Assembly (NCBI RefSeq): GCF_044704955.1 | Contig: NC_091980.1 | Coordinates: 26,846,001 to 26,910,000 of the forward strand | Origin: Pristiophorus japonicus | Taxonomy: Eukaryota | Direction of reading: 5' to 3' | Length of the DNA: 64,000 bases | Shown here: in pieces, positions 13,420 to 25,000 of the stretch | Layout: the number at the start of each line of letters is the position of its first letter | How positions within the stretch are numbered: position 1 is the first letter of the stretch | Position numbers and translations under genes: made by a program | The notes under the pieces: model-generated | What the model saw: the letters and a program-made list of their open reading frames with translations, nothing else | The model's database searches: none | Told to the model about the DNA's origin: nothing

Positions 13420-14199
13420 TCCAATAACAATCAGTATTTATACCGATTGTTCACAAACAATAAGTGTCTCCACTAAGACACCTAAAGTAAATTCCAATCA
13501 TCCACAGTATGATAAGATGTTTGTTCAGGTGTTCACATCACCTTAAAAGACCTCCAGAGTACATCCAAACTCCCCCCAAAGTTGAAGCAGCCTTTTAAAT
13601 GAAGTGACCTGTGATTTAGAAAATGGTGTCCATACCGCTGTGATTAGTTCAGGTGAGAGCAACTTTTTCACAGCGGTTCTTTCGGTGAGCGATATTGTCG
13701 GGAAGATGTGTGCGAGGTGCCAAAAGTAACGCTGGACGATTTTCTGGGCGTTAGTTTCGGCAAATGTGATCTTTACGACAAAAATACAGTGGCCGGGCGG
13801 TATTATTAAATCCCGGCGTTAATTACGTGCCGAAAGTAACGCTGGGCAATATTATGGGTGTTGGTTTCGCCCATTCTGATCTTTCCGCCCAAAAAAAGTG
13901 GGCGGGTGGTATTATTTTTTATCGGCGTTACGTACATGCCGAAAGTAATGCTCGTCGATAAGTCGATAAGAAATGGTCGTTAGTTTCCATTTTGTGGCTA
14001 AATAGGTGATATATAGACGTTATAGCTCATTTCCGCATTAAAATGGACATTAAGTGGGTGGTATACATGCAAAAATAATGGAAAATCTAGCCCTATGAGT
14101 GTCCGACATGTGGGTTCACTATAATGCTGATTGTCTAACCCTTCCTCCCCAATCCTCCTCAACATTCACAGAATGTTGGTGTGATGTGTTTTATATTCA

Positions 14200-15760
14200 T
14201 TTTTGGATTACTTTGACTCAGAATTTATCAGGGAGAATTACAGGGTGGACATGATGTTAGAAGAAGAGATCAAAAAAGTTATCAAGACATTTAAGATAGA
14301 AAGCGGGGGCGGGGGGGGCGGGGGTGCGGGGGGTGGTGAGCTAATTGGAAGGCTAGTCAAACTTAAAGAGAATAAAAATCCTGGTCCGGATGGATTGCAG
14401 CCTAACATACTAAAATAAGCTAGGGACGAGATAGCAGAGATACAGTTTTATATATCTATAAATTTATTAGAAAAGGGAATAGCACCAGAGGACTGGCGGA
14501 CAACTAATGTTATACCTCTATTTAAAAAGGCAGATAGAACAAGTCCATGGAAGTATAGACCAGTTAGCTTAATGTTGGGGGTAGAAAAGATAATGGAATC
14601 TTTACTCAAAGATGTAACAGAAGTACATTTAGAATCTAAAAATATAATGCAGAATGTATTTCATGCTTGACAAACCTTATTGAATTATTTGATGAATTAA
14701 CAGAAAGAGTAGATAGGTAGTGTAGTAGATGTAATGTACTTTGATACACTCGCCCATCGCTAGTTGCCCTAAGAAGATGGTGTTGGTGGACCTGCTCCTT
14801 GAACCTTTGCAGTCTGTGTGCTGAAGGTGCTCCCACAATGTTTTTAGGTGGAGGATTCCAATATATTGATCCAGTGATTATGAAGGAACTATGATATATG
14901 TCCAAGGTAGGATGGTGTGTGACGTCGAGGTGATGGGCATCCTATGGACTGGAGGGTAGTTAATGTAACGCAACTTTTTTAAAAAGGAGGGAGAGAGAAA
15001 GCGGGTAATTATAGACCGGTTAGCCTGACATCAGTAGTGGGGAAAATGTTGGAATCAATCATTAAGGATGAAATAGCAGCCCATTTGGAAAGCAGTGACA
15101 GGATTGGACCAAGTCAGCATGGATTTATGAAAGGGAAATCATGGTTGACAAATCTTCTGGAATTTTTTGAGCATGTAACTAGTAGAGTGGACAAGGGAGA
15201 ACCAGTGGATGTGGTGTATTTGGACTTTCAAAGGGCTTTTGACAAGGTCCCGCACAAACGATTGGTGTACAAAATCAAAGCGCATGGTATTGGGGGTAAT
15301 GTACTGACATGGATAGAGAACTGGTTGGCAGACAGGAAGCAGAGAGTCGGGATAAATGGATTCTTTATTCATTGGCGTTTAGAAGGATGAGAGGGGATCT
15401 CATAGAAACATATAAGATTCTGACGGGACTGGACAGGTTAGATGCGGGAAGAATGTTCGCGATGTTGGGGAAGTCAAGAACCAGGGGACAAAGTCTTAGG
15501 ATAAGGGGTAGACCATTTATGACTGAGATGAGGAGAAACTTCTTCATTCAGAGAGTTGTTGACCTGTGGAATCCCCTGCCGCAGAGAGTTGTTGATGCCA
15601 CTTCATTGTATATATTCGAGAGGGAGTTAGATATGGCCTTGACAGTTAAGCGGATCAAGGGGTATGGAGAGAAAGCAGGAAAGGGGTACTGAAAGAATGA
15701 TCAGCCATGATCTTATTGAATGGCGGTGCAGGCTCGAAGGGCCAAATGGCCACATTGCTC
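14200..15760 (+). mobile_element. CR1 ORF2 fragments (old and young, internally deleted), with a short - strand LINE tail at about 14745-14935
   Basis: PGPDG, QHGFMKGKS, YLDFQRAFDKVPH motifs; deletion junction near 15362. Confidence 0.85.
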
Positions 15761-15964
15761 CTTTTGTCCTTCTTTGTGCGAGAGAGGTCCTACAGGAGGG
15801 AGGTGCAGTCAATGTTACCTTGGGGAGTTCCTTGTTTGCCCTGTAGAAGGTATACACTGCAGCCATTGTGTGCCAATGACGGAGGGTTTGGATATCAAGT
15901 CTAGTGGAGCGACAAGACATCCAGTACTAAATATTGATATTTCTCTCCTCACCGGCATTGTTAG

Positions 15965-16318
15965 AAGAGTGGAAAGGTGACAATCCACAAGATGTGATGG
16001 CACAGGAAGGTTTGTGTGCACAGATTCCATGTCATTACAGTTATCCATCGCATCTGGCAAACCAAATGAGAGGTGGAGTCTGGTATAATAATGAGGAATT
16101 GAGATCATCATCTATAGCTTTTCACTCCAAGGATCACAATCACGAGTCACCACGGTTACGCCATCGGACCCGTCTGTCTGGAGATCTGAAAGATGGTGAC
16201 TGTTCCCTGATTATAAATGACATCACACAGCAAGATGCAGGAGCTTATTTTTTCAGAATAGAATTTGACAATGGAGAAAGCTATAACTACTACCCTGCAA
16301 CACGGCTTCATGTTTCTG
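15965..16318 (+). CDS. Siglec V-set exon 1 (sialic-acid-binding type)
   Basis: EGLCAQIPCHY, GDLKDGDCSL and DAGAYFFRIE (essential Arg codon 16255-16257); donor GTAAGT. The acceptor homologous to copy 2 is AC (15951-15952); an in-frame AG lies at 15963-15964. Confidence 0.75.
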
Positions 16319-16908
16319 GTAAGTGCTGTGTTATAATTACTCAACAATTCACATTCAACCGTCATTGGGAAATAACATAAACTGTGGCAGTTCCATATCA
16401 GCACAAAACACAGCTTATTATAATGCAGGTTATTGACTCCCACCTATCTTTATAATGGTGTTTAAAGGTCTTGCATAGAGACAAAATAAATAACATACAT
16501 TTCTATAGCGTCTTTCATGACCTCAGGGTCACCCAAAGTGCTTCACAACCAATGAAGTATGTATGAAGTGTAGTCACTGTTGGAAAATAGGAATCATGGC
16601 AGCTAATTTTTGCATAGCAAGGGTCCAAAACCAGTAATGAGCTCATTGAACAGATCTTTAAGAAGTGACATGCCAGTGCACCCCAAGCTGTGACCTGCCC
16701 CTCCACCCCCATCCAGTATTGTCTTTCTGGGTGGTAGAAGTTTTCACAGGGGTGGGAGGTGCTGTTAATGAAACCTTGGTGAGTTCCTTATTTGTTTTGC
16801 AAATGGTACACACTGCAGCCATTGTGCGCCAGTGATGGAGGAGGTGGATATCGGGTCTAGTGGAGTGACATGTCATCCAGTGCTAAATATTGATATTTCT
16901 CTCCTCAG

Positions 16909-17277
16909 CGGCATTATCAGAAGAGTGGAAAGGCAGCTGTCCACGGGATGTGATAGCACAGGAAGGTTTGTGTGCACAGATTCCATGCCATTACAGTTAT
17001 CCATCGTGTTTGGCAAACCAACCGCGAGGTGGAGTCTGGTTTAATGCGGAGAAGGTGAAACCATGGGCTCCCCTAGCCTTTCACTCCAAGGATCACACAC
17101 ATGAGTCGCCACGATTACGTCACCGGACCCGGCTGTCTGGAGATCTGAAAGATGGCGACTGTTCCCTGATTATAAATGACATCACACAGCAAGATGCAGG
17201 AGCTTATTTTTTCAGAATAGAATTTGACAACGGGAAGAGCCATAACTACTACCCTGCAACACGGCTTCATGTTTCTG
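16909..17277 (+). CDS. Siglec V-set exon 2 (sialic-acid-binding type)
   Basis: Acceptor ctcctcAG and donor GTAAGT; 369 nt, phase 1-1. Siglec cysteine pattern present; essential Arg codon 17214-17216. Confidence 0.93.
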
Positions 17278-17630
17278 GTAAGTGCTGTGTTATAATTACT
17301 CAACAATTCACATTCAAAATTCAATGGGAAATAACATAAACTGTGGCAGTTCCATGTTAGCACAAAACACAGCTTATTATAACACAGCGTCTGATTATCA
17401 ATAACCTGGCAATACCTGCCAGTTCAGTCCTAAAGCAACCTCAAATACTTTTCATTAATGATTAAATGTTTTGACTGTGTCCATTACTTTTATCGGGTTA
17501 TCTCATCCCATCAATATATCCTTCTATTCCTTGCTCCCTCAAGTGCTTATCTAGCTTCCCGTTAAATGCATCAATGCTTTTCGCCTCAACCACTCCCTGT
17601 GGTAGCGAGTTCCACATTTTCACCACTCTG

Positions 17631-18105
17631 AGTGTCAGGTGTGGCTCAGTGCATAGCACTCCCACCTCTGAATCAGAAGGTTGTGGGTTCAAGTCCCACT
17701 CCTGGGACTTTGGCATTAAACAATCTAGGCTGACACTCCAGTGCAGTGCTGAGGGAACACTGCACTGGTGGAAGTGCCGTCTTTCGGATGAGACGTTAAA
17801 GTGAGGCCTCATCTGCTCTCTCAGGTGGATGTAAAAGATCCCACGGCACTATTTCAAAAGAAGAGCAGGGGAGTTATCCTCGTGTCCTGGCCAGTATTTA
17901 TCCCTCAATCAATATAACAAAAAAACAGATGATCTGGTCATTATCACATTGCTGTTTGTGGGAGTTTGCTTGTGCACAAATTGGCTGCCGTGTTTCCCAC
18001 ATTACAACAGTGACTGCACTCGAAAACTACTTAATTGGCTGTAAAGTCCTTTGAAATGTCTGGTGGTCTTGAAAGGCGCTATATAAATGCAAGTCTATCT
18101 TTCTC
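17631..18105 (+). mobile_element. tRNA-headed SINE (DeuSINE/SacSINE-like) inside a CR1 3' fragment
   Basis: A-box-like gtggctcagt, B box ggttcaagtcc, central gatgtaaaagatccc...tttatccctcaa core, and gcgctatataaatgcaagt tail. Confidence 0.85.
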
Positions 18106-18445
18106 TCTGGGTAAAGAAGTTCCTCCGGAAATCCCTGCTGGATTTATTAGTGAATATCATATATTTATGGCCACTTGTTCTCTTCTTCCTCCACAAGTGG
18201 AAACATCTTCTTACTGCTAACCTCACAAATCCTTTCATAATTTTAAGACCTCTATGAGGTCACCCCTCAGCCTTCTATTTTCTAGAGAAAAGACCCCCAG
18301 CCTGTTCAGTCTTTCCTAATCGTTGTTACATCTCAGTTCTGGTATCATCCTTGTAAAAGTTCTGTCTCTTGGAGGACTGTGATCTCTTTTGGAACTGATG
18401 TTTCACGTTATATTTATCTAAAAGGATCCATTCTCTGTGTGTTAG

Positions 18446-18739
18446 ATTTCACAGATAAACCCACGATATTCCCTGCTGAGATTATTGCAGGAAAGCGTGT
18501 CGACGTAAGCTGCACCTTCAACACCACATGCAATGGAACAGCACCGGTCTTAACCTGGGTCAATCCCGCTGATGTACCCGGCTCAGTGTCAAACAGTGTA
18601 ACTCAGCATGGCATCACCCTGACATATACTTCTGTTCTGACTCTGATCCCATCACTCAAACACCATGGACAAACTATCACCTGCAGAGTCAGATATCCAT
18701 CTGTTTCATCGGAGCAGACACTAGCACTAACTGTGCAAT
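18446..18739 (+). CDS. Siglec C2-set exon (domain 2)
   Basis: Acceptor gttAG and donor GTAAGT; 294 nt, phase 1-1. Encodes DFTDKPTIFP...SCTFNTTCNGTAPVLTW...HHGQTITCRV, with the extra Cys for the V-C2 interdomain disulfide. Confidence 0.93.
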
Positions 18740-18849
18740 GTAAGTACGGATATCCTTTATTCTAAATTACACGTATAATAGTCTATATTGTGCCCAGCAA
18801 GATCCGACAAATTGCAATGTGCTTTAACCAGATCATCTGGTTTTTGCTG

Positions 18850-19080
18850 ATAAATATTGGCCAGGACACCCGGGAGAACACCTCTTTTAATATTGTCATG
18901 GGATCTTTTATGTCCACCTGAGAGGACAGATGATGCCCCGGTTTAACGTCTCATGTGAAAGAAGGCACCTCCGATAGTGCAGCACTCACTCAGTACTGGC
19001 CCTCCAAAGGTGCAGCACTTCCCCAGAACTGTGCCTCCGACAGAGCAGCACTACCTCTGTACTGCCCCTCTGACAGTGCA
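18850..19080 (-). mobile_element. SINE fragment with about 3 copies of the 31-bp internal unit
   Basis: Reverse complement of the SINE core; repeated cagtgcagcactc..cagtactgcccc units. Confidence 0.7.
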
Positions 19081-19119
19081 TTTGTCATGCTGTAATTACA
19101 CCCTCCCACCACTGTGCGA

Positions 19120-21950
19120 TTACATACTGTTTTGATATTTCTTGCTGGTTTGCTCTCATATTCTATCTTCTCCCGTTTTATACATTTTTTAGTCCTCAAT
19201 TGCTGTTTTCTGAAGCTCTCCCAATCCTCAAGCTTACTACAATTCTTTGCAACATTATAAGCCTCTTTTAAGCTAATACTATCCTTAACTTTAGTTAGCT
19301 ACAGATGCATCACTTTTTCCTTTGACATTTTATTTCTTAAGGGAATGTATATCCATTGCGAATTAGTGATATTTATTTAAATGATTGTCACTGCTTATCT
19401 ACCGTCATACCGTTTCATCTGATTCCCCAATCAACCTTAGCCAACTCTCCCTCATATCTTTATAATTGGCTTTATTTATGTTTAGTATCAGTCGGGCTGA
19501 AATTGGTGAAGGCCAAGGGCCGCCCAAAGGATCGCTGATGGCTGCCGAGATACCTGACAGTACTTTGGGTGGGAGTTTTGGCAAAAAGGTCCTTGAAAGG
19601 GTGCCTGGTGGCAAAAGAGGGATTTACGCAGTCAATCTGGGCAGCAGTGGGCGGGAGCTCCCAATCTCGGCAGCAAAGGCTCTTGCCGCCTAAGTGCCAT
19701 TGAGGATGGAATCAGGCCCATGGAGGATGGAGTCAGGCCCATGGAGGGTCGAAGAGCTGCAAAGAAAAATCAATTTAAAAAAAATCGAACACCTTCAGGT
19801 AAGTCGCTGTGAGCAAAATTTTAAAAAAATATTCACTAACATTTTTTTGCATGTCTTCATATCTACCGTCAGGGATAGACTATCACGCAGCGGTCCTTCC
19901 CCGTTCTGGCGCCGATTCCCACCGACTCCCGCCCGCACCAATCTGGCATCTCGGCAGGCAGGAGGTCGCTCGCGCCACTTGGCCATTCGCTGACGTCAGC
20001 GGGCGGTTCCCAGTGGTTCTCCCCTCCCGCCTGCTCTAGCCCAAGTGCAAACTGGCACAGAGCGGAACCCGAAGAGGAATGTCGTCAGATCTCAGCAGCA
20101 GTAAGGCCATCAATTTTGGCCCCTCAGTATTTCACTCTCAAACCCAATATGAAATTCTATGATATTATAAATCAGTCTTCCAAAAGGTTCCTTTGCTATG
20201 ATTTTACTAATTAATCCTGCTTCATTACACAATAAGAAGATCTAAAATAGCCTGTTCCCCAGTTGGTTCTATGATGAATTGTTCTCGGAAACTGACTCAA
20301 ATGCATTCCATGGACTCGTCCTCCAGATGACCTTTGCCAGTTTGATTTGGCTAGTTTATATGAGATGAAAGTCCCCCACGATTATTGCATTGCCTTTGTT
20401 CCAAGCTCCTATTATTTGTTGCTTAATACATTGTTCAACAGTATAACTATTGTTAGGGGGCCTATAAACTACTCCCATCAGTGTTTTCTGTCCCTTGTTA
20501 TTTCTTATCTCCACCCATACTGATTCTACTTCCTGATCTTCCAAGCCAAGATCCTTTCTCACTACTGTCCTTATTTCATCCTTTATTATCAGGGCTATCC
20601 CACTCCTTTTCCATTCTGCCTGCCTTTTTGAAATGGCAAGTATCCTGGAATATGTGGTTCCCATTCTTGGTCATCTTGCAACCATATCTCTATAATGACT
20701 ATTAAATCAAACCCATTAATCCCAATTTATGCCACTAATTTGTCTATCTTGTTACAAACTCAGATAAAGGACCTTTAATTTTAACTTTTCACCATTACTC
20801 CCTGCTTTCACTTTATTTACTGATGCACTATTACCTTTAAACTCTCTGTCCCTTCCTGTCAAACTCTGCTTATCTTTATGCAAATTGCTACACTGTTCCA
20901 TTGCTTTGAATTTTCCCTTCAGATTTTGAAATTTCCCCTCACCTGATCCCTCCATCCCCTTTTAATTTAAAGCCCTATCTACAGGCTTAGTGATTTGATT
21001 CGCCAAGACACTGGCCAGGACACTGGTGGAACCTGTCCCAATGGAACAGCTCCCTCTTTCCCTAGTACTGGTGCCGGTGTCCCATGAATCAAAACACTTC
21101 CTCCCACTCTTTGAGCCATGCATTTAACTCTTTGAATTGCTTCTCCCTATGCCAATTTGCATGTGGCTCTTGTAACAATCCAGAGATTATTACCTTTGAG
21201 ATTCTGCGTTTTAATTTAGATGCTGGCTCCTCAAAAACTCTTTGCAAAACCTCATTCCTAGTTGTACCTATGTTGTTGGTTTCTACAAGGACCACGACAA
21301 CTGGATCCTCCCCACCCCACTCCAAATTCTTCTCCAGCTGCGAGGAGGAATCCTTAACTCTGGCATCAGGAAGGAAACACAGCCTTCAGAACTCCTGGTC
21401 GTGGCTGAGAGAAAAGTATCTATAACCTTGCCTGTGCTGTCCCCTACCACTACAATATTGTTTTTCGCTCTCCCCACTTGATTTGCCTCCTCTACCATGG
21501 TGCCATGGTCAGTTTGCCCATCCTCCCTGCAGACTCTGCCCTCATCCAAACCGGCAGCAAGAAGCTCTTACTTGTTGGATAAGGGCAAAAGCTGAGGCTC
21601 CTCAAGCACTGCACCTGAGTCACAGTCACACCCTCCTGTCCTGACCACTAACCAGATCTGTCCCACTACCATTACCTAACCTAAGGGATGTGACTGCCTC
21701 CTGGATCAAAGTGTCCAGGTAACTATCCTCCTCTCTGATGCTCCGCAATGTCTGTACCTTGGACTCCAGCTCAGCAACTCTGAGCCAAAGTTCCTCGGGT
21801 TTCAGACACTTACTGCAGTTGTTCCTCGGGTTTCAGACACTTACCGCGATGCTCTCCACAAACTCCTACATGCTGCCGGTGTGGCACACCACCTGCACTG
21901 TCATCCCTATATGACATTGTATTACTTATTTGATTAATTAGAGTCAATGT
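19120..21950 (-). mobile_element. Older CR1 LINE 5' part (ORF1 esterase and ORF2 endonuclease)
   Basis: VVGDS and VIISGLL (SGNH esterase-like ORF1); GVVYRPPN and IVGDF (endonuclease); boundaries approximate. Confidence 0.8.
19493..20123. mobile_element. GC-rich MITE inserted in CR1
   Basis: Imperfect TIRs cgggctgaaattg / caattttggcccc; flanked by direct repeat tcagt; CR1 resumes after it. Confidence 0.65.
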
Positions 21951-22016
21951 ATTTATTTAACTTAACTTATAGTTTCGTTTTTTTAACGAATTACTTAATC
22001 TAGTTTAAGTTGTAGT

Positions 22017-25000
22017 TGTCATGTATCTTACATTATTATATATAACTGTATCCTAACATGCTATATATGACTGTAATAAGATATGACCTGTAACCACCAG
22101 CATACCTTACCACCAGGGGTGCACTTGCAAGAGACATGTATACAAGGACAGGTCTCAGGCAAGTGCAGCATTCCAGAGCTGTGAAATAAAGGTGCAGGTC
22201 CAGAGTGACCTTGACTTCATTACATGCCTCATGTGAATCTGTACTGAGGGGACAGAACTTTACAGTGGCGACGAGTTACGGGATTACAGAATCCACAGAA
22301 TGGCGAACAACGGATCAGATGAAAAGTACAATGCGGGTGACAATTGGGAGGACTTTATAGAAAGGCTCCAGCAAAGCTTTGTAACCAAAGACTGGTTAGG
22401 CGACGATAAGGCAGACAAGAGAAGAGCTTATCTCTTGACCAGCTGTGGCTCGAAAACATACGCTTTAATGAAGGATCTGTTGGCACCCGAGAAACCAGCA
22501 AGCAAGTCGTTTGAAGAATTGAGCACACTGGTAAGAGACCACCTGAAGCTAGTGAGCAGCCCACACATGGCCAGACACAGGTTCTACAACTACAGACGCT
22601 GTGTGGGCCAGAGCATACCCGACTTCGTGGTGGAACTTCGGAGGTTGGCTAGTTTATGTGAGTTCTCTGAGAGACTTTTTCATTGAAGGAATAGGCCACG
22701 CAGGCATATTCTGAAAGCTCATAGAGACCAAGAACCTGACCTTAGAGGCAGCAGCACTGGTTGCACAGACATTCTTGGTAGGGGAAGAAGAAACGAGGTT
22801 GATTTACAATGCAGGTATGACAACTAATGAAATATCGGAACAAGAAGTTCACAGCGCTAAACAAGCTGCTACCCCCACACACAGACAAAACCAGGAGAAC
22901 AGGCTTTCGACAACAGGCAGACGCCATCAAGGGCCACAGGAACGGCCGTTCACACCTCGTCAACCCACAATGCGAGCAATCAACTCCAAACTGAGAGAAG
23001 CTCAAGACAGATCAGCTCATTCTTTGGGAACTCTTTGAACAATGGAACAGGTCTGAGCTGGAGGTGTGGGAGTGGGCACTCGTCAAGGGGATGTCGATTT
23101 CAGCAGGCTGTTTGCAGAAACTGTGAATATACAGGGCATCTGGCCCACATGTGCAAAACAACGGCAGCTCGGCTGGGATACGAATCGGATGTGTCGGAAA
23201 GCAGACCAGAAGATGGTGGGGACAGTACCCGGGACACCGATGTACAGCGGGTCAACACGATCAATGGCCACTGCTCCTACAACAGGACGCCTCCTATAAT
23301 GATGAGGGTCTTACTCAACGGGATATCTGTCAACATGGAGCTGGATACGGGAGAAAGTCAATCTCTCATGGGCGCTCAACAATTTGAACAACTGTGGCCG
23401 CATAAAAGAGACAGACCAAAACTCACAAGGGTCGACACCAAACTAAGGACTGATACCAAAGAAATCGTACCAGTCCTCGGCAGCGCCATGCTCTCTGTCA
23501 CACACAAAGAGACAGTGAACCGACTTCCCCTGTGGATTGTACCCGGAGACCCCCCCAGCACTGCTGGGGAGAAGCTGGCTGGCAAAACTAAACTGGAAAT
23601 GGGATGATGTCCATGCCATGTCATTAGAGGAATTGACCTCCTGCTCAACAGTTATAAAGCAATTTGAACATCTCTTTCAGCCAGGTATGGGCACTTTCAA
23701 AGGGGCCAAAGTCAAAATCTACATCACACAGGATGCTATACCGGTCCATCACAAGGCCAGAGCTGTATCCTATGTGATGAGGGAAAAGATTGAACACGAA
23801 CTAGACAGGCTTCTGCGGGATGGCATTTTATCACCTTTGGAATTTAGCGACTAGGCAAGTCCCATCGTCCCAGTCATGAAGCCTGATGGATCCGTACGAA
23901 TCTGTGGGGACTACAAATCTAACATAAACAGAGTCTCCCTACAGGACCAGTATCCGCTGCCCAGAGCGGAGGACTTATTTTCCACATTGGCTGGAGGTAA
24001 ACTTTTCTCAAAATTAGACCTCACATCTGCGTATATGATGCAAGAATTGACCGAGGAATCCAAGCTACTCACCACCATCAACACACATCGAGGCCTTTTC
24101 ATGTACAATCGATTCCCATTCGGCATCAGGTCGGCAGCTGCCATACTCCAGCGTAACATGGAGAGACTGCTCAAATCCATGCCGGGGACGGTTGTATTTC
24201 AAGACGACATACTTATCACGGGCAGGGACACCGACTCCCATCTCCGTAATTTGGAGGAAGTACTAAAGCGGTTGGATCGGATATGCCTACGAGTCAAGAA
24301 ATCCAAGTGCCTGTTTCTCACACCCGAGGTTGAATTTTTGGGCAGAAGGATTGCCGCTGATGGAATCTGCCCAACAGAGTCCAAAACAGAAGCAATTCGC
24401 CTGGCACCCAGGACCCAGAATGTCTCAGAACTGCGCGCCTTTCTCGGGCTACTCAATTACTTTGGGAACTTTATGCAGAACTTAAGCATGCTGCTGAAGC
24501 CTCTCCATGTGCTACTCAGGAAGTGGTGTGATTGGTTTTGGGGGGATGCCCAGGAACGTGCCTTCAATAAGGCACGCAACCTTCTGTGTTCCAACAGTGT
24601 TTTGACTTTCTTTGACCCAGGTAAAAAGCTAGTTCTCACATGCGATGCTTCAGCGTATGGGGTCGGGGGCGTTTTGCAACATGTCAATAGTGCGGGCAAA
24701 TTACAACCCATAGCTTATGCCTCCAGGTCACTTTCGCGGGTGCAGCGCGGGTACGGAATGGTAGAGAAGGAGGCGCTCGCGTGCGTGTACGGTGCCAAAA
24801 AGATTCACCAATACCTTTTCGGGCCAAGTTCGTGTTAGAAACGGACCACAAGCCCCTCACGTCCCTCCTATCCAAGAGCAAGGTAATAAACGCCACCGCC
24901 TCAGCGCGAATTCAATGGTGGGCACTCATGCTGGCATCCTACGACTATACCATAAGGCACAGACCAGGCACAGACAACTGTGCCGACGCGCTCAGCAGGC

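Larger units (their letters stand above)
9559..14093. mobile_element. Full-length degenerate PIF/Harbinger DNA transposon
   Basis: TIRs GGGCTAGACTTTCCA / TGGAAAATCTAGCCC; TAT TSD on both sides; convergent Myb/SANT gene (+) and transposase (-). Confidence 0.92.

Noticed and set aside
14096-14200. Possible leader exon of the downstream Siglec
   Set aside because: ATG-initiated frames are not signal-peptide-like and there is no good donor site.
17633-17705. tRNA gene
   Set aside because: tRNA-derived SINE head without a complete cloverleaf; the ERV PBS matches are likewise only 18-nt complements.
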